Part shown: positions 1 to 12,352 of the stretch, piece after piece
Position numbering within the stretch: the first letter of the stretch is position 1
How the letters are laid out: every line of letters begins with the position of its first letter
Assembly: GCA_973895155.1 (NCBI GenBank)
Contig: OZ316891.1
Span: 21,566,513 to 21,630,512 of the forward strand
Origin: Marsupella aquatica
Taxonomy: Eukaryota; Plantae; Marchantiophyta
DNA length: 64,000 nt
Direction: 5' to 3'
Made by a program: the position numbers and the translations under genes
Notes under the pieces: model-generated
Database searches by the model: none
What the model saw: the letters and a program-made list of their open reading frames with translations, nothing else
Told to the model about the DNA's origin: nothing

Positions 1-525
1 TTCTCTTTCGTTCGCTCGTGCCTCATGCGTTGGACAATCTAACAGTAACGAGAGGCATCACCGAGTTAGGAACTGCAATGATGACGCCATGGAAAGGAGT
101 GATGAGTGATCCAACATAGAATCATGTCCACTTCTTCCTTCATGGCAGCAGAATGTCGAGAAAATTGCCATGATTACTTTGTCATCAGATCAACTTGCCG
201 AGAGAGAGTTAGTTATTATTCAATTGAAATACAATTCAGAATGCGGGTGGGCAGCGGTTACTCAGGGTAAAAACAGGGAAGGTGGGCCTCCTACTAATTG
301 AACAGTTTGTTACCTAGGGTAAATGAAACGATTATTTTTCAAACATTTTTACATCAAGGTTTATGGCACGGCATCCTCAATTTTACCAAAATCCTGCCAC
401 AAACACGAACGGTGAAGTAATTTTATTTTGTAAACCAATACATACTTGTTTGGAATGTGTCATGATGACGTGGCGCGCTGTGGAGTCTCGAATTTTGGAA
501 GGGACCTCTAGTGGGGTCCATAATT
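1..525. repeat. Dispersed repeat, copy of 31612-32073 (runs off the left edge; probable right end of a TIR element)
   Basis: TTCTCTTTC..GTGCCTCATGCGTTGGACAATCTAACAGTA..CCGAGTTAGGAACTGCAATGATGACGCCATGGAAAGGAG is collinear with 31612 onward. Both copies end in GGAAGGGACCTCTAGTGGGGTCC(A)TAATTA, after which they diverge. Confidence 0.9.
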
Positions 526-899
526 AACAAACATGAAGTACTCTAATACAAGGTTCTGCTCTCTTTTTATAGAGGGGTAGTCTTTTAAATTTGTAGGGCC
601 AGAAGGAATAAACAAAATTAATTACAATAGTGCGAAGGGAAAATGCGATATGGTATTTCAAGCAAAGGAAAACGGGCTGCAAATGCAAGAGAGTCCTTTA
701 AACTTCAACATTTTTTCCTCTCACTGGAATGTGTTTGTACTCAGTGGCCGCTATCTCGTATCTCAAATACCTATGTGCAATGGATGGGTTATTGAACACA
801 AACACAAAAGTGTATGGCCCAGATCATGACACACAACATTTCTTGATAACTACATCATAAAGCTTATAATTTCCTGTCTCGCCTTGGCATACTTTTCAC

Positions 900-1386
900 C
901 TCTACATGTTTTTCTAATCAACATATTTATCTCTCCTCAACATCTTTTCCTTGCTTTGCCATTTTTTCTCATCTTTTCTCACATTGATATCTTTATTGGA
1001 TCACAACATTTTTTCACACTTTGACACTATTCCCACCTTGACATCTTAACTTTTTAATTCTCATCTCGTCACCTAGCTTTTTTTTATCTCACCACGACAT
1101 TTTAATTTCCCTTACCCTCAATATCTTTTCTCTCCTCGACATCTTTTCCTCATCTTGACATTTTTTTTCTCACCTCACCATATTTTCTCTCCTCAACATA
1201 TTTTTTTCATCTTGACCTCTTTTCCTCAGTGTACTTCGGCATTATTTTCTCTCATCAACATATTTTTTCATCTTGATGTCTTTTTCTCACTTTGATATCC
1301 TTTCTAACTCAACAATTTTTTCTTCACTTTGATGTTTTTCTCACCTCAACATGGATCTTTTGTGCAACACATAGGTATTGAGCTAG
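900..1386 (+). mobile_element. Non-autonomous Helitron 3' end with degenerate subterminal ~20-bp tandem repeats (5' boundary not defined)
   Basis: ATCTTTTGTGCAACACATAGGTATTGAGCTAG|T (ends 1386) matches the reverse complement of the Helitron end at 15977 (ATCTTTTGTGCAACGCCCGGGTATTGAGCTAG|T). It is preceded by TTTTCTCACCTCGACAT-like repeats. Confidence 0.7.
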
Positions 1387-1395
1387 TTATATATA

Positions 1396-1673
1396 CTCGG
1401 GCGTCTCACTATATGGATGCCTCCCTATCACCTGCAAAGGCCCCGGACCCCCTAAAATGTAAGCAAAAATAATAAGTTTTCAACCCCTATAAGTTGAAAT
1501 ATTCAAAACATTGGTTTGAAAAACCCTAATGTTCTTGTAAATCTCAAAATTGGATTTAAAAGACCCTATTCTTATTCTGAGAAAATTCTTAAGTTTTTCC
1601 CTTTGAACCAATAAAAAGACCCTATCCTTTGTCGCACATGATGTGTCATTTTTGTGGAAGTGAAACCTGCGAG
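1396..1673 (+). mobile_element. MITE, family A (~280-300 bp)
   Basis: Imperfect TIRs CTCGGGCGTCTCAC..GTGAAACCTGCGAG with 8-bp TSD TATATATA; collinear with copies at 46255, 50445 and 50782. Confidence 0.9.
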
Positions 1674-1884
1674 TATATATATAACACTGCCAGAAGAAAG
1701 GAATGTCAAACAAGGAGACTTGGCAAAAGGATCCAATAACAGGAGGGAAATGAGAAGACAGAAAGGCTGACCCGAGAGACACGGAAAAAGGACCAGCCCA
1801 TTAAAGGCAGGGAAAAGAGAAAACCCACGAGAAGGCCAACCTTCCTTACTTTTAGTGCCTTTTATGAAAGCAGTGCGTATTTAT

Positions 1885-3368
1885 ATTTACGGACCCCCAT
1901 GAGAGGTCTCTTGCAAATTCCCTACCACAAGGTTGCACCACATTACCACAACCAGCCACAAACAGGAATGATCCTACTTTTAACAACAACAAACATGCAC
2001 ATTCATGTTTGTGGCAAAAGCAACGTAATTTTTGGGGCACCATGCCGTAAATATTAAACGTAAAGAAAACCAAAATACAAAGGAGGAGATGTCATTTAGT
2101 AAAATAAAGTTACTATTCTGATGTTTGTCAAAGATATATCAGTGTTTTATATCAAAATGCTTGTATTTTTAATTGTTTGCAAGTTTGAAAAAATCAATCG
2201 ATAGAAATGGACATAGTTAGAAGCTCTTTGGCTTCACATTGTAAAACTAAATAATCAATCTCCTTAGTACTTGATAAAATCTGTCAATGTTTGATTCATT
2301 GGAAACTCAAGATCAAGATTTAGAAACTGGTGACCTCTTTAGTAGTGTCTTGATAAAATCTCTCAATGTCACTCTCATTGGAAAGTTAGAGTAAAACTAG
2401 AAACTTGTCATCTCCTTAGTACTTGGAAAAATCTATCAATGTTAGGTTCATTGGAAAACTAGAGAAATTCATATACTCATGATCTCTCTAATTCTTGACC
2501 AATAATTTCAATGTCACACATTAGAAAGCTAGAGAGATTGAAAACCTCATGATCTCTTTAGTACCGTGACAAAATCTGACATATAATTGTCAATGTCGGA
2601 CTCAATGTTGGAAAGCTAAAAGAATTCATGAACTCATGATTGATCAAAATTTCTTATACTCACACTTATTGGAAATGCAAAGAAATTCAAAAACTCATTT
2701 AGTACTTGACAAAATTTGTCAATCTGAGGCTCATTGGAAAACCCTTTTTCGATTAAGAGATATCACAATCTCGTCACTGTAACAAACTTAGCCGTTGCAA
2801 ATTGATTTCTTTGATTACATCGCCATCGCTTGTCCACAATGCTTGCTTCCTGGCTTGAATTGTTCGCATCCCTCCAATCTTCAGCTGAAGCTCACTCTCA
2901 ACACATGTTGACGCCAAATGCAGCCTCTATGTCAAAGAAACAATTGTTGGTCTCCCCCTCACACCATAGCTTTCTTAAACAAAAAAAAACTACAAATCCT
3001 TCATGTGAAGTGATGGCTCGTTCATTTTGTGCGTTCTTCCCACTGAATCGGCAAGCGCTCTTCCGCCAATAGTTGAGTGTTGTCCTCTAGTCCTTGTGGC
3101 GGTAATGCTCAATGTAATTCACAAACGATCAATCAGGAATGGTAGAAACACGATTTCTCTAATGTGTAAGCAAAAACCGTCAAACCTCAATTCCTTCACA
3201 TTCAACCTTCCATTTGATAAATCTCCTCTATGTTTTGAGTGTTTGCTTTTGTACGAGCACACAACAAGACCATCGGGAGACTCAAAATCGTCGGTTATCG
3301 CCTTGCTGAAAATTGATTTCACTTCATCACACACACATTCCTTGGATGAACATGGGGGTCCACAGATT
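1885..3368. mobile_element. Non-autonomous TIR DNA element (~1.5 kb) inserted in one unit of a ~115-bp tandem duplication
   Basis: Ends TACGGACCCCCATG (1888) and CATGGGGGTCCACA (3351) are inverted. The flanks 1836-1887 and 3371-3431 are found joined, as an empty site, at 3437-3548. Confidence 0.7.
2230..2745. repeat. Degenerate ~60-bp tandem repeat (about 8 units)
   Basis: Recurrent TTAGTACTTGAYAAAATCTGTCAATGT..CATTGGAAA at ~2265, 2340, 2416, 2490, 2558, 2640 and 2699. Confidence 0.8.
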
Positions 3369-3679
3369 AATTTTCATGTAGAGTAATAAAGTTTATACAA
3401 TAAAGTACTATAACCAATGCCGTAATGCCCCTGGCCCAACCTTCCTTACTTTTAGTGCCTTTTATGAAAGCAGTGTATATTTATATTTTTCATGTAGAGT
3501 AATAAAGTGTATACAATAAAGTACTGTACCCAATGCCATAATTCCCCCCAAAAGGAGAGCTTACTATACTAAAGAGAGAGAACTAAGGCTTGAGTTTTGA
3601 GAGGCCATTGATATCATAACTTCAATCAATATTGTACATTTAAAGGACTAGGAGATTTTTTTTTTAAAATAATTTTAGT

Positions 3680-5640
3680 AAAAGGACATGATGAGAATTT
3701 TCCTAATGAGTTCATGAAAGTACTTTGAAACTGAAGCCAATGTCGACCACCAGGTTGTCCTCCACTTTTTATGTGGATTGACTTTGCCAAACTAGATTAA
3801 ACTAACCTAAGGTGACATGTATTGGTCTGGGAGATGTGGGGGTTCATAATTTGTGTTGAACCCTTGCCACCATAAAGCCCGGTTTGTACTTGTCGGACAA
3901 ATAGGGGGTTGGGGTCCGACAACCAACATATGTTGCCCTGGTCTATCCCAACCGGGTGACAGGTGATGGGGTTGGGTGAGCCGGGAGGTCAGGAGGCGGG
4001 AGGTAGTCATGGCGGGGCAGGGCGGCCGGGTTGGGTTTAGGGTGAATAACTATTGGTGGTAGTCGTGAAACTCGACTAGTACCTTAACACTTAGCTCCGG
4101 CGTCGTCTGACTCCGACGCCGAGCTCCCTTATAGTCTAGGCCCGGATAGGCCATCCGGGGAGGACTTAGCATGGGGAGACTTGTGGGCAACAGGGTGTGG
4201 CACTGGCGAAGGCAAGGCGCTAAGCTAGTGACACACACTAAGGACTTAGACTAACTGAGGGCTGGTCACATTAAGGGAAAAAGGGCCGAGCTCAAGGTCG
4301 ACTGTTCGGACCCCCGAACGGACTTTGAGTTCTAAGGGCTTTAGTGAGAGCTCCTCTTGGGCCCAAGGCCAATGGAGTTGACTCCATGGGCAACGGACTC
4401 TTGGGGCACGAGTTTGGTCAATTGGGGGCCCCGAGAAACGATGGGATCTAAGGGCTAAAGGCACTCCGCTTGCGGACGCCTAACTAGAAAGTTATGGGCA
4501 TTGTCAGTTGGTGGCACGCCCAAACATGTGGGTTGGGGTCTAGGTGGGGGGGGCCAAAATTTGGGGACCAAAGTTGGTCCGGGGGTAACAGGTGTCCAGA
4601 AGCATATATGAGGGGAGTGGTGTCTCTCTGGGGGGCTAAGGGCGAGCCAAAGTCATGAGCCGTGGTGGTTGCGACACTAAGGGAAAACGCCAAACAAAAA
4701 TGACGATAACTTTCCAATGGGAAGTCCGTTGGGGTACTTCTTGGTTGTGTTGGAAATCTCTCAAGGAGGGCTACATCCTCCTGAGCTCAAATAGGTATGG
4801 GGGCGCCATAGGTCCTTGGGGCTTGCGAGGGCTATCTCGCCCGCTTGCCAAATCCTGCCGAAACAGCAGCCAAGCTACGTTCAGTCTGTCAAGGGAGCTT
4901 GCATTGGGGAAGCAAGGCCAAGTAGGAGTGGAGGTTGAGTTCCAAAGGGCACTTGGCCTCTACACCATTAGTGGGGCGAGATCCGGGAGTTGGTTGTTAG
5001 AGTCGAGGCCATTCTGGTCCCAACGTGTTGAGACAAGCTTTAGGACAAGCTACACTATTTGGGCCATGAGCATGTCTTGGGGGCAGGGCGATCAGTTGGT
5101 GATAGATAAGTATGAGGGGGAACCCGGCTGCGCCCAAGGAAAGAGCTATTCTGGACGAACAGTGGGTGTCGGTTCTGGTTCCGGCTTATGACATCGGGAG
5201 GACATATCACTGACCTACTTACCAATGTTTGTTTAGCTTGAGTAGGATGCTAGACTTGGGGAGATCTAGATCCTAAAGGGTTATTTACCGAGATGATTTG
5301 TTGCTTGTGCAGACAATGAGGACCGTTGAGTAGCGGTCGTGTTGGAGAGCAAGTGCGGCTTCGTATGGGAGGGACCGTCGGTGGTGCAAGGGGCACTAGG
5401 TTGCTTGCTCAAGGTATTACGTGGACCGAGGCATTCGGGCACCAGGGGCATTTAGGCGTGGGTGCTGGGATTGGTGAGGGCGCTGGGTGGCAAGGTCCAT
5501 CACTGTGATCTTGACTACCTCCTGCCTATCTCTCAACCTCCTCCAGGCCTCCTCCCAACATCCTCCCTACCGCCTCTCAACTACCTCCCGACCACCTCCC
5601 AACCTCCCAACCTCCAAAAATCCTAATCATATGACTTTTC
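3680..5640. mobile_element. Possible long-TIR (Mutator-like) non-autonomous element with GC-rich interior
   Basis: Inverted matches AAAGGACATGATGAGAATTTT (~3681) / AAAATCCTAATCATATGACTTTT (~5617), and GGGAGGTAGTCA (~3998) / TGACTACCTCC (~5512). No TSD found and no recognisable protein. Confidence 0.35.
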
Positions 5641-6499
5641 TTGTGGCAGTGTTTTGACGCACCCTCATAGGGCATCTCAAAGCTTGGAAATTTATTATGG
5701 ATGATAGCATTTGGTCATAGACAATAGGTCATAACTTTCTCACAAGACTTTGTAATTTTTAGTTGTTGTTTTTCCTTTCACCAACCTCTAAAGTGACTAA
5801 AAGTTATAGCATAAGACCAATCCTTATGACAAAAGCTTATGGACTATGAAATGTGTAGTCCATATTTTGTGCCCATAACACATAACTAGGGAGTTCAGGT
5901 ACATCAAATTGTCAACTCCGCTACACCCTATAATGACTATCAAATTGTCAGCTTTGAGACACCCTATAATGGCTCCAACATTCTCAGTCGTCCTGAGAAA
6001 ATTAAGTGCGTCTCCTATTAAGTGTGACTCCTGCTTGTACCATGCTATCCATCCCTTCCGGTCCCGGTGCTTCGGTGGGGAGGTCGCTGGTTCTACATCA
6101 AACTCCTGACCTTCCTTTTCCTTCTGTTCATGCTTATGCGCCCTCGCTCTCTACTGTAGATGGTGGTGCTTGTGCCCTTCTACCACCTCGCCCTGTTGGC
6201 GTTGCACCCGTCCCCTGATGTGCTACGAGCTTCCTTTGCTGGCGGCTCTGATTGCAGCCGCATTCTCTGCTTCTCTTTTCTTTGCCGCTTGAGCTGCTAC
6301 TTCCCCCTTGGCGTGGCCTCCTGAGCCAATCTTCTCCTCATTGGTCTTCCTCCCCAAGCCCGCAGACTTGTAAGTTGTGTTACCTTTTGCATCTGTTCTT
6401 CCTTCAATCCCCGATTCTGTCCCATTGCCTTGTATTTTACTCGAGGAAAGTGGAAAACGTAGTTTTTCCGCCGTCGCGAACCCAGAAAGCAGTATCCCG

Positions 6500-9000
6500 A
6501 ATTAACACAATTCCTCTTATACCATCCGTCACTTCACCAAAACTTTCAACTGTTCTCTCAAATGAAAGTGCATCACCCCACCTTCCCGAAGATCATCACG
6601 CCCAACCCCTAAGCATAAAGGATGACCCAGCTGTGTACACCCAAACCCTGAAACCACGGCCTCCGAAGCTCTCGTCGCTCTCTCAGCCCCTCTCAATAGC
6701 CCACAGCACAGTCTGATACTTTGCAATTTCTACATTTATGAAACTAAGTTAGCTCTCTTCTTCGGGAGCTCGGATGAAGGGCCAATTGCGAGGTCCTGGC
6801 GGTGGCAACTTCCTTCTCTTAGCTCCATACCTTGTCAAAAGATTGACAGCCACAACTCCAAGGAATTGAAGCATAATGACCTATGAAAAGTTTGAATTGA
6901 ACTCTAAATTTGAGGCCACACTCTCAACATCCGTTTGACACTAACCTTGCGGTCGTTGCCAAGCTCCAAGTAGACGTTCAAATTCGACTCGAGACCATGA
7001 TGATCTGAGTCATTCTCTCGCATCAGTCTTCATCAATTCACCATTAGTCTTCATCAATTCACCATTGTTTTCCGAGCAATTATCTTCAGAAAGCCTGACT
7101 TGTCAGAAAACTGTTATTGAAAGTTTTCACTTGGGTATCCATTCCCGTATTCATGATGACCCAAAAACCACTATGCACAGTAGAGGTGTTGAATTAAAAC
7201 ATAAGTTCTGTGTTGACAGAAAATAATTGCCTCTGTCAATTATTGCAGGAACGATCCTGGTTTCTGAAGTTGTAAGCTCTCGAGGATCATTTAAAGGCAC
7301 AAATAAGTTGTTAATCTGAAGAAATATCCCCAGGATCACCAATTGCTTGCGCATGTGTCTAGTAATTGTAATTAGTCCCGAAATCGGAAAGCATCCCATG
7401 TCTTTAGCCGACAATTCTCCAATTTATATATTTCAACACCAGACACTGCATTCGTCATGGCTTAATATGGATCTCAAGCCCACATCCTGAGACCTTCCTC
7501 TGGCTCGGATTTCGGATACACATTAAAGGCAGACATGGTCCACTTCGTACAAAGTCAATAGACCTTGTCATTACATTGGAGATCTCATAAACTTAAGGCC
7601 AGTGGTCTTTATTTGTTTCATTAAGAACTCACAAATACACTCGAGAAACAATAAACATCCGCTTCATGAGGTCTCAATTGGATGCCATGAAACATCCCAG
7701 GAGCTCCCTATGATTGAATGAATTACCAAAATCAGACCTGGTCCTCGTTAGACGGTCTCAATGCATCTCACATGTATATTGCAGAAACTCATTCCCTCAG
7801 CTTCGAAATTCGTATCCTCTGAAATTCAGGCTTGGCCCCCTTTATACATACCTGACAGGCGAAACCGTTGTCAAGAATAAAGCACCTCAATGTATGAGCT
7901 CTTTATTAATTTATTGACTTGCTATGCTGAAGTCTCTGAGCTTTACCAGGGAATAGTCGTAGGGGAAAGTTGCCAAGTTTGACTGTGTATAATAAACATA
8001 ACCGTTCCCCATGGATTGGTGTTGAACTGTGATCTTGAATTCTCGAAAATGTTCTATGCAATCCCAATTACCTCGAAGTGGTTAAGCGACACTCAGTTCA
8101 GATGGAAGTACTGCAATCCGATTAATTGTGCTTGCAATCTCAGCAACGATCGTTGGTCAGAAGATGTCTGATGTGCTCAGTCTGGTCGATCACTTGCGCC
8201 TGGGGAGAAGCTTGAAGCTTCGGTTTGGGACGCTGTTGCTCCTTTGCTGCCCACATGTACATATAAGCAGCCGGATCTGCGAGCAATTTAGCACTCTGAT
8301 TAATTGGTGGCAGTCATTACTAAATGTGAGGTCTCAACACCCGATTGTTTATTTGCATGGCCAAGGTAGACCGAAACTGAGGGACCTGTTTTGTTAGCTA
8401 TGAAACTGTTAAGGATCGGCACTCAATTGCTAGTTCGCTCCAGTAATAGAAGTAGGAGTCTAACGTACTACTGCCCACCTGGAGGCTCAGAGTTGAGTAG
8501 ATCTGTAATGAAGCGTGTAAGTAGTTTGTGGACGTCTGGTCTGCATCCGTGGTTTTCCATGGCTTTCCGCCTAGGATTGAGGCGAGCCGCATCCCTCTCC
8601 TTTCCTATATCATCGCCTGCCATAGTTTCCTCGACTTGCAATCTTCAACTTTCTCCCGAGGAACCAAAATCTCAGAATCTAAGCTCTGTAAAGTGTTGGA
8701 GATGCATGGCTCCAGTTTATCACCTCTTATGATTATTTCACGAAGCTACCGCAATCTAAAATCCAACGCGCATGCAGATAGATATATCAAACTTCGGCGT
8801 CTGGCTGTAGAATTTTGAATCTGTAAGAATTCTGCTCAAACATAGCACTTCTTTCGTAATGATGATTCCACCATGAAGCTACAGGGACTAATAATTCCCA
8901 TATGAAGCTGCACTAAAGCCAGGAGGGGAGCGATCCAAAGTACCAGACGAATGAACACTCATAGCACGGGATCAAAGGAGCGAGCGAGCGCGCGCTCGTA
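6500..9000 (+). mobile_element. Possible highly decayed LINE relic
   Basis: Only scattered, frameshifted motif-like fragments (LQE near 7245, KAP near 7880). Weak pattern recognition only. Confidence 0.25.
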
Positions 9001-10699
9001 TTTCTTATAAATTCACTTCACAATGGTTAAGAGTCAGACGCGAGTCGGACTGGCATCAGCCTGTGCCCTTTGCAGTCTCAGGAACTCCGAAAATCCTCGT
9101 TCGGATCCAAATCAAGTTTATGGATCAAAGATACGAAAAGTTGAGCTGTTCAACCAACGCTGACAGTGACCCTTCTGCAGACCATCCTGAACTTCTAATG
9201 AAAGCCTACCTATGCGTCATTTTGAGATTGGTGCAGCCAAACGAAGTATCCCTTGAAACGAATGACATAATGTCCTGGACCCTAAACCCCTCCCTCCACC
9301 TTCACTTTCCGAGCGCTGGAGACACAGCAGAATACGCAACATTATAACCTATCAAATTCTCTCTATCATCTTAGGGGGCATCTTAGCGGGCATCTGTGTT
9401 CGATAGAGCAAACGGATCACTGGATACAACTATAAACTTTTGCCCACAAATGTTTCGAGATTGTGTCGAATCACCCCTGTCAAAGGACTGTAAAGACATC
9501 AACGAAGGTTTGTCCGCTTCTATCGGACAGAGGGTCTGGCTATTTATTCTTTCATAAAGACTCCGTTCAGCAGTTCAGAAATCGTCCCTCCACAATGTTC
9601 GTGCTGTAAAGGTAAAGGGAACGAAACTGTTGGCAGCTACATGACAAAGCTGACTCTGTCTTGAGGGCAGAGAAGTCATCAACTGGCAAGAGAGAGGGAC
9701 TACCCTGCTTTTGCTGACCAGTGTGAAGATGTAAGAATCATTCCTGCTGTGTTCCGTGTGCATAGGGCCTTCAACTTCTGGGGTCACGCATAAGTCCGTC
9801 AAATAGTCTAGCTTTTCTGCTGCACTTGAGGAGCAACAAGTATACGTGCATCCACAGTAGTCAAAGGCAAACATAACCATCCATTTGATTGGCATGTAGA
9901 CTCAAGGTCTGGCATCGTTTGCAACCTTCATCTTTCATGCAAGGCCATGACCCTACATCTGACTGACACCACTCTCTTGTTCTTCGCCTTGTCCCATAAT
10001 ATCTGATCAATTCGACCGTCCGACAATTTTCCTTTCATTTGAACATTTGGGGAGATTGCCGTATGAATGTATGGTCCATCGTTACTTGGTCAAATTTCTT
10101 GATGTGCAGATTAATGCGGAGAGACTTTGTTTGATCACAATGACCATGATTCATCTATACTGCACATTCTAAAGTAAACAGTGCCAGGGATTCGGACGAA
10201 ATATGGCGATCAAGGTACTAGGGTCCCAGAAAGAAACTTACATGGAAACTATATGTGCCACTGGCCAAAGGGTCAACCATGGCATACAAGTCACGTTGCT
10301 CCATTTCGGGTATGCGGTTGCCCACCACCTTGCTCCTTGAGGCGAACTGCTAGCCGTCGCGATCATCAAACGGGTCCTCGTCCTCGCAGCTAGAAGCTCG
10401 TAGTCTCATGGAAGAACCTGCCTAGACAAAGAATCAACTCCGATCAACTATAGCAACATTCCCATACTTTCAATTCAGGAGAAACAGCTTCTTTGTCACT
10501 GACACCAGTGATGTACAATTGGCCAACGTTTTTGTTTTCCTCAAAAAAACCAAAAGAATTTCATTCAATTAGTCAGCATACAGAAAGGGGGAGTCCCAGA
10601 AAGGAACGTCAACCCAGGTGGACTGAAGGTCAATGTGCCTGGATCGGTCAAGCCGGAACCAGGTAAGAAGCTGGCCTCTGGAAGGCAATCCAAACGAGC

Positions 10700-12200
10700 A
10701 ATTCGGAGACTACATAGGAGCAGCACACTCCCAAAGACCGGCCAGTGATGAAGGACCGGCTAGGTCCAAAACAGTGGTTCCTTGCTAAGAAGGAATCTAT
10801 CAGTTTAAAGTAGTACAGCCTCAGAACCTGAAGTCTAGAGGGTTTCATGGTGGCCGTGGTGGGACCGGCTGAACTTGGAGAGTCTCTTCGTGAATTTGCC
10901 AGAGTCCATTCCATGTACCATAAGCCATTGCCATTTCATGCTGAGCTGCCCCGTGTGTGATCTTTTCATTTCGAATCATGGCTCTAAGTCTGGTCCAGTC
11001 TCGTCTGAGGTAGATGCCAAGTCGATGCCATGCTTTCCTGATAACTCCGTGTGGATTGGGCTGAGTGTGCTCAATAAAGTGTAAGCATCGTTCCTTCCAG
11101 ATGGCCAACGTTTCAGTCCATGAATTGACTTGACTAAAACATTTTCTAATATATCTACTAAACTTATCTCCAAGCTTTTGAAGGCATTACACAGATTTCA
11201 TGCATGTAAGAAATGGAATACATTCGTGGGGATCTCAGTTGATATTGCAAGGGAGTTGAACAAACTCTGGTAGTGATCAATAGATTGAGACAGACGAGCC
11301 CCAACAATGAGTTGAAGGGGCTGAACATGAACAGTCCAGTTTCAGTGTTGCTGGGGACGTCCCTCCAACTTCTTGTCCCCAAACGAGGTGTACCGGACTT
11401 TTCATAGGGAAAGGCCTCTAGAAAGTACCTTAACAAAAAGTTCTTACAAAGGTCAGGTGAATTCTGCACGCCACCATTTGGGAACGTATTTGTATGATTC
11501 ATTCGTTTCCGTTAGTTGTATAATCAGCTAAGCTGATCCAAATCTCAAATCCAGAATTTGATTCTAAAGGATCTTGAATTTGGAATTCCAGCCACCTTCA
11601 CTTTAGGCTTGAATGACTCGACAACAGCTGCGTCATGAGAGTATGTTACCATACAATCTCTCAACCTGCCTTTTGAGACGACATCAACCCGGAGAAGAGG
11701 ATCACACGGACGTGGTCCAATGAACAAGGTTCTGGATGATTGTGTTCCAATTTTTTCCGCTTTGAAATATGTTGGCGTGAGGAAGACAATTATCCTTCTC
11801 ACGACATTGCCTATACAATACTTCTGCCTTCTTTACCATCGAAAACTTCTGAAAGAGTTCGACAACTACTTCATTCCGAAGTTGTAGACCATTTGAGTTG
11901 ACGAACAGGAAGCCAGCCAGAAGAGAAAATCCATAACATGATGATTTTCGTGTCATCAAGGTACTCAAGTCTTGCAGCTATTGGAGAGCTGAGAGCAGAT
12001 AAAGCCAGGAATCTATCTGTTTCTGTATTTTTGGTACAGCCAGCGATCAAAATGGCCAATAAGATAATCGCAGAGCTTCCTCGGCCCCACGGGTGTTCAG
12101 TAGATTTCTTCGATCCGAGTAATCTCCCAGACATTCATTTCAAAGTCTGTTACTAAAGATCTGCAGACCACGAGACGCGAGCCACCGCGTCATACATTGG
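10700..12200 (-). mobile_element. Decayed LINE ORF2 fragment (RT and C-terminal region)
   Basis: Fragments in the expected order: GRGSSAIILLAILIA (RT motif-like), PRPCDPLL (GCPLSPLL-like), TYSHDAAVV (YADD-like) and AIWKERCLHF..VIRKAWHRL (plant LINE C-terminal WxIWKxR motif). Many frameshifts. Confidence 0.5.
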
Positions 12201-12352
12201 TCTCTCGAAAAACTATCGAAAGCTGTAGAGCAACCGAAACTGTTGCCGGAATTCAAGGTGCGGACCAATTTACAATGAGCCAATCCTGACTCAAAGATTT
12301 AGTGGATCCCCAACCATTATATATACACGGAGTATTATTACAACCAAAAATC

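Noticed and set aside
4655-5191. 178-aa ORF in a GC-rich segment
   Set aside because: No recognisable motif or composition; likely chance within a repeat.
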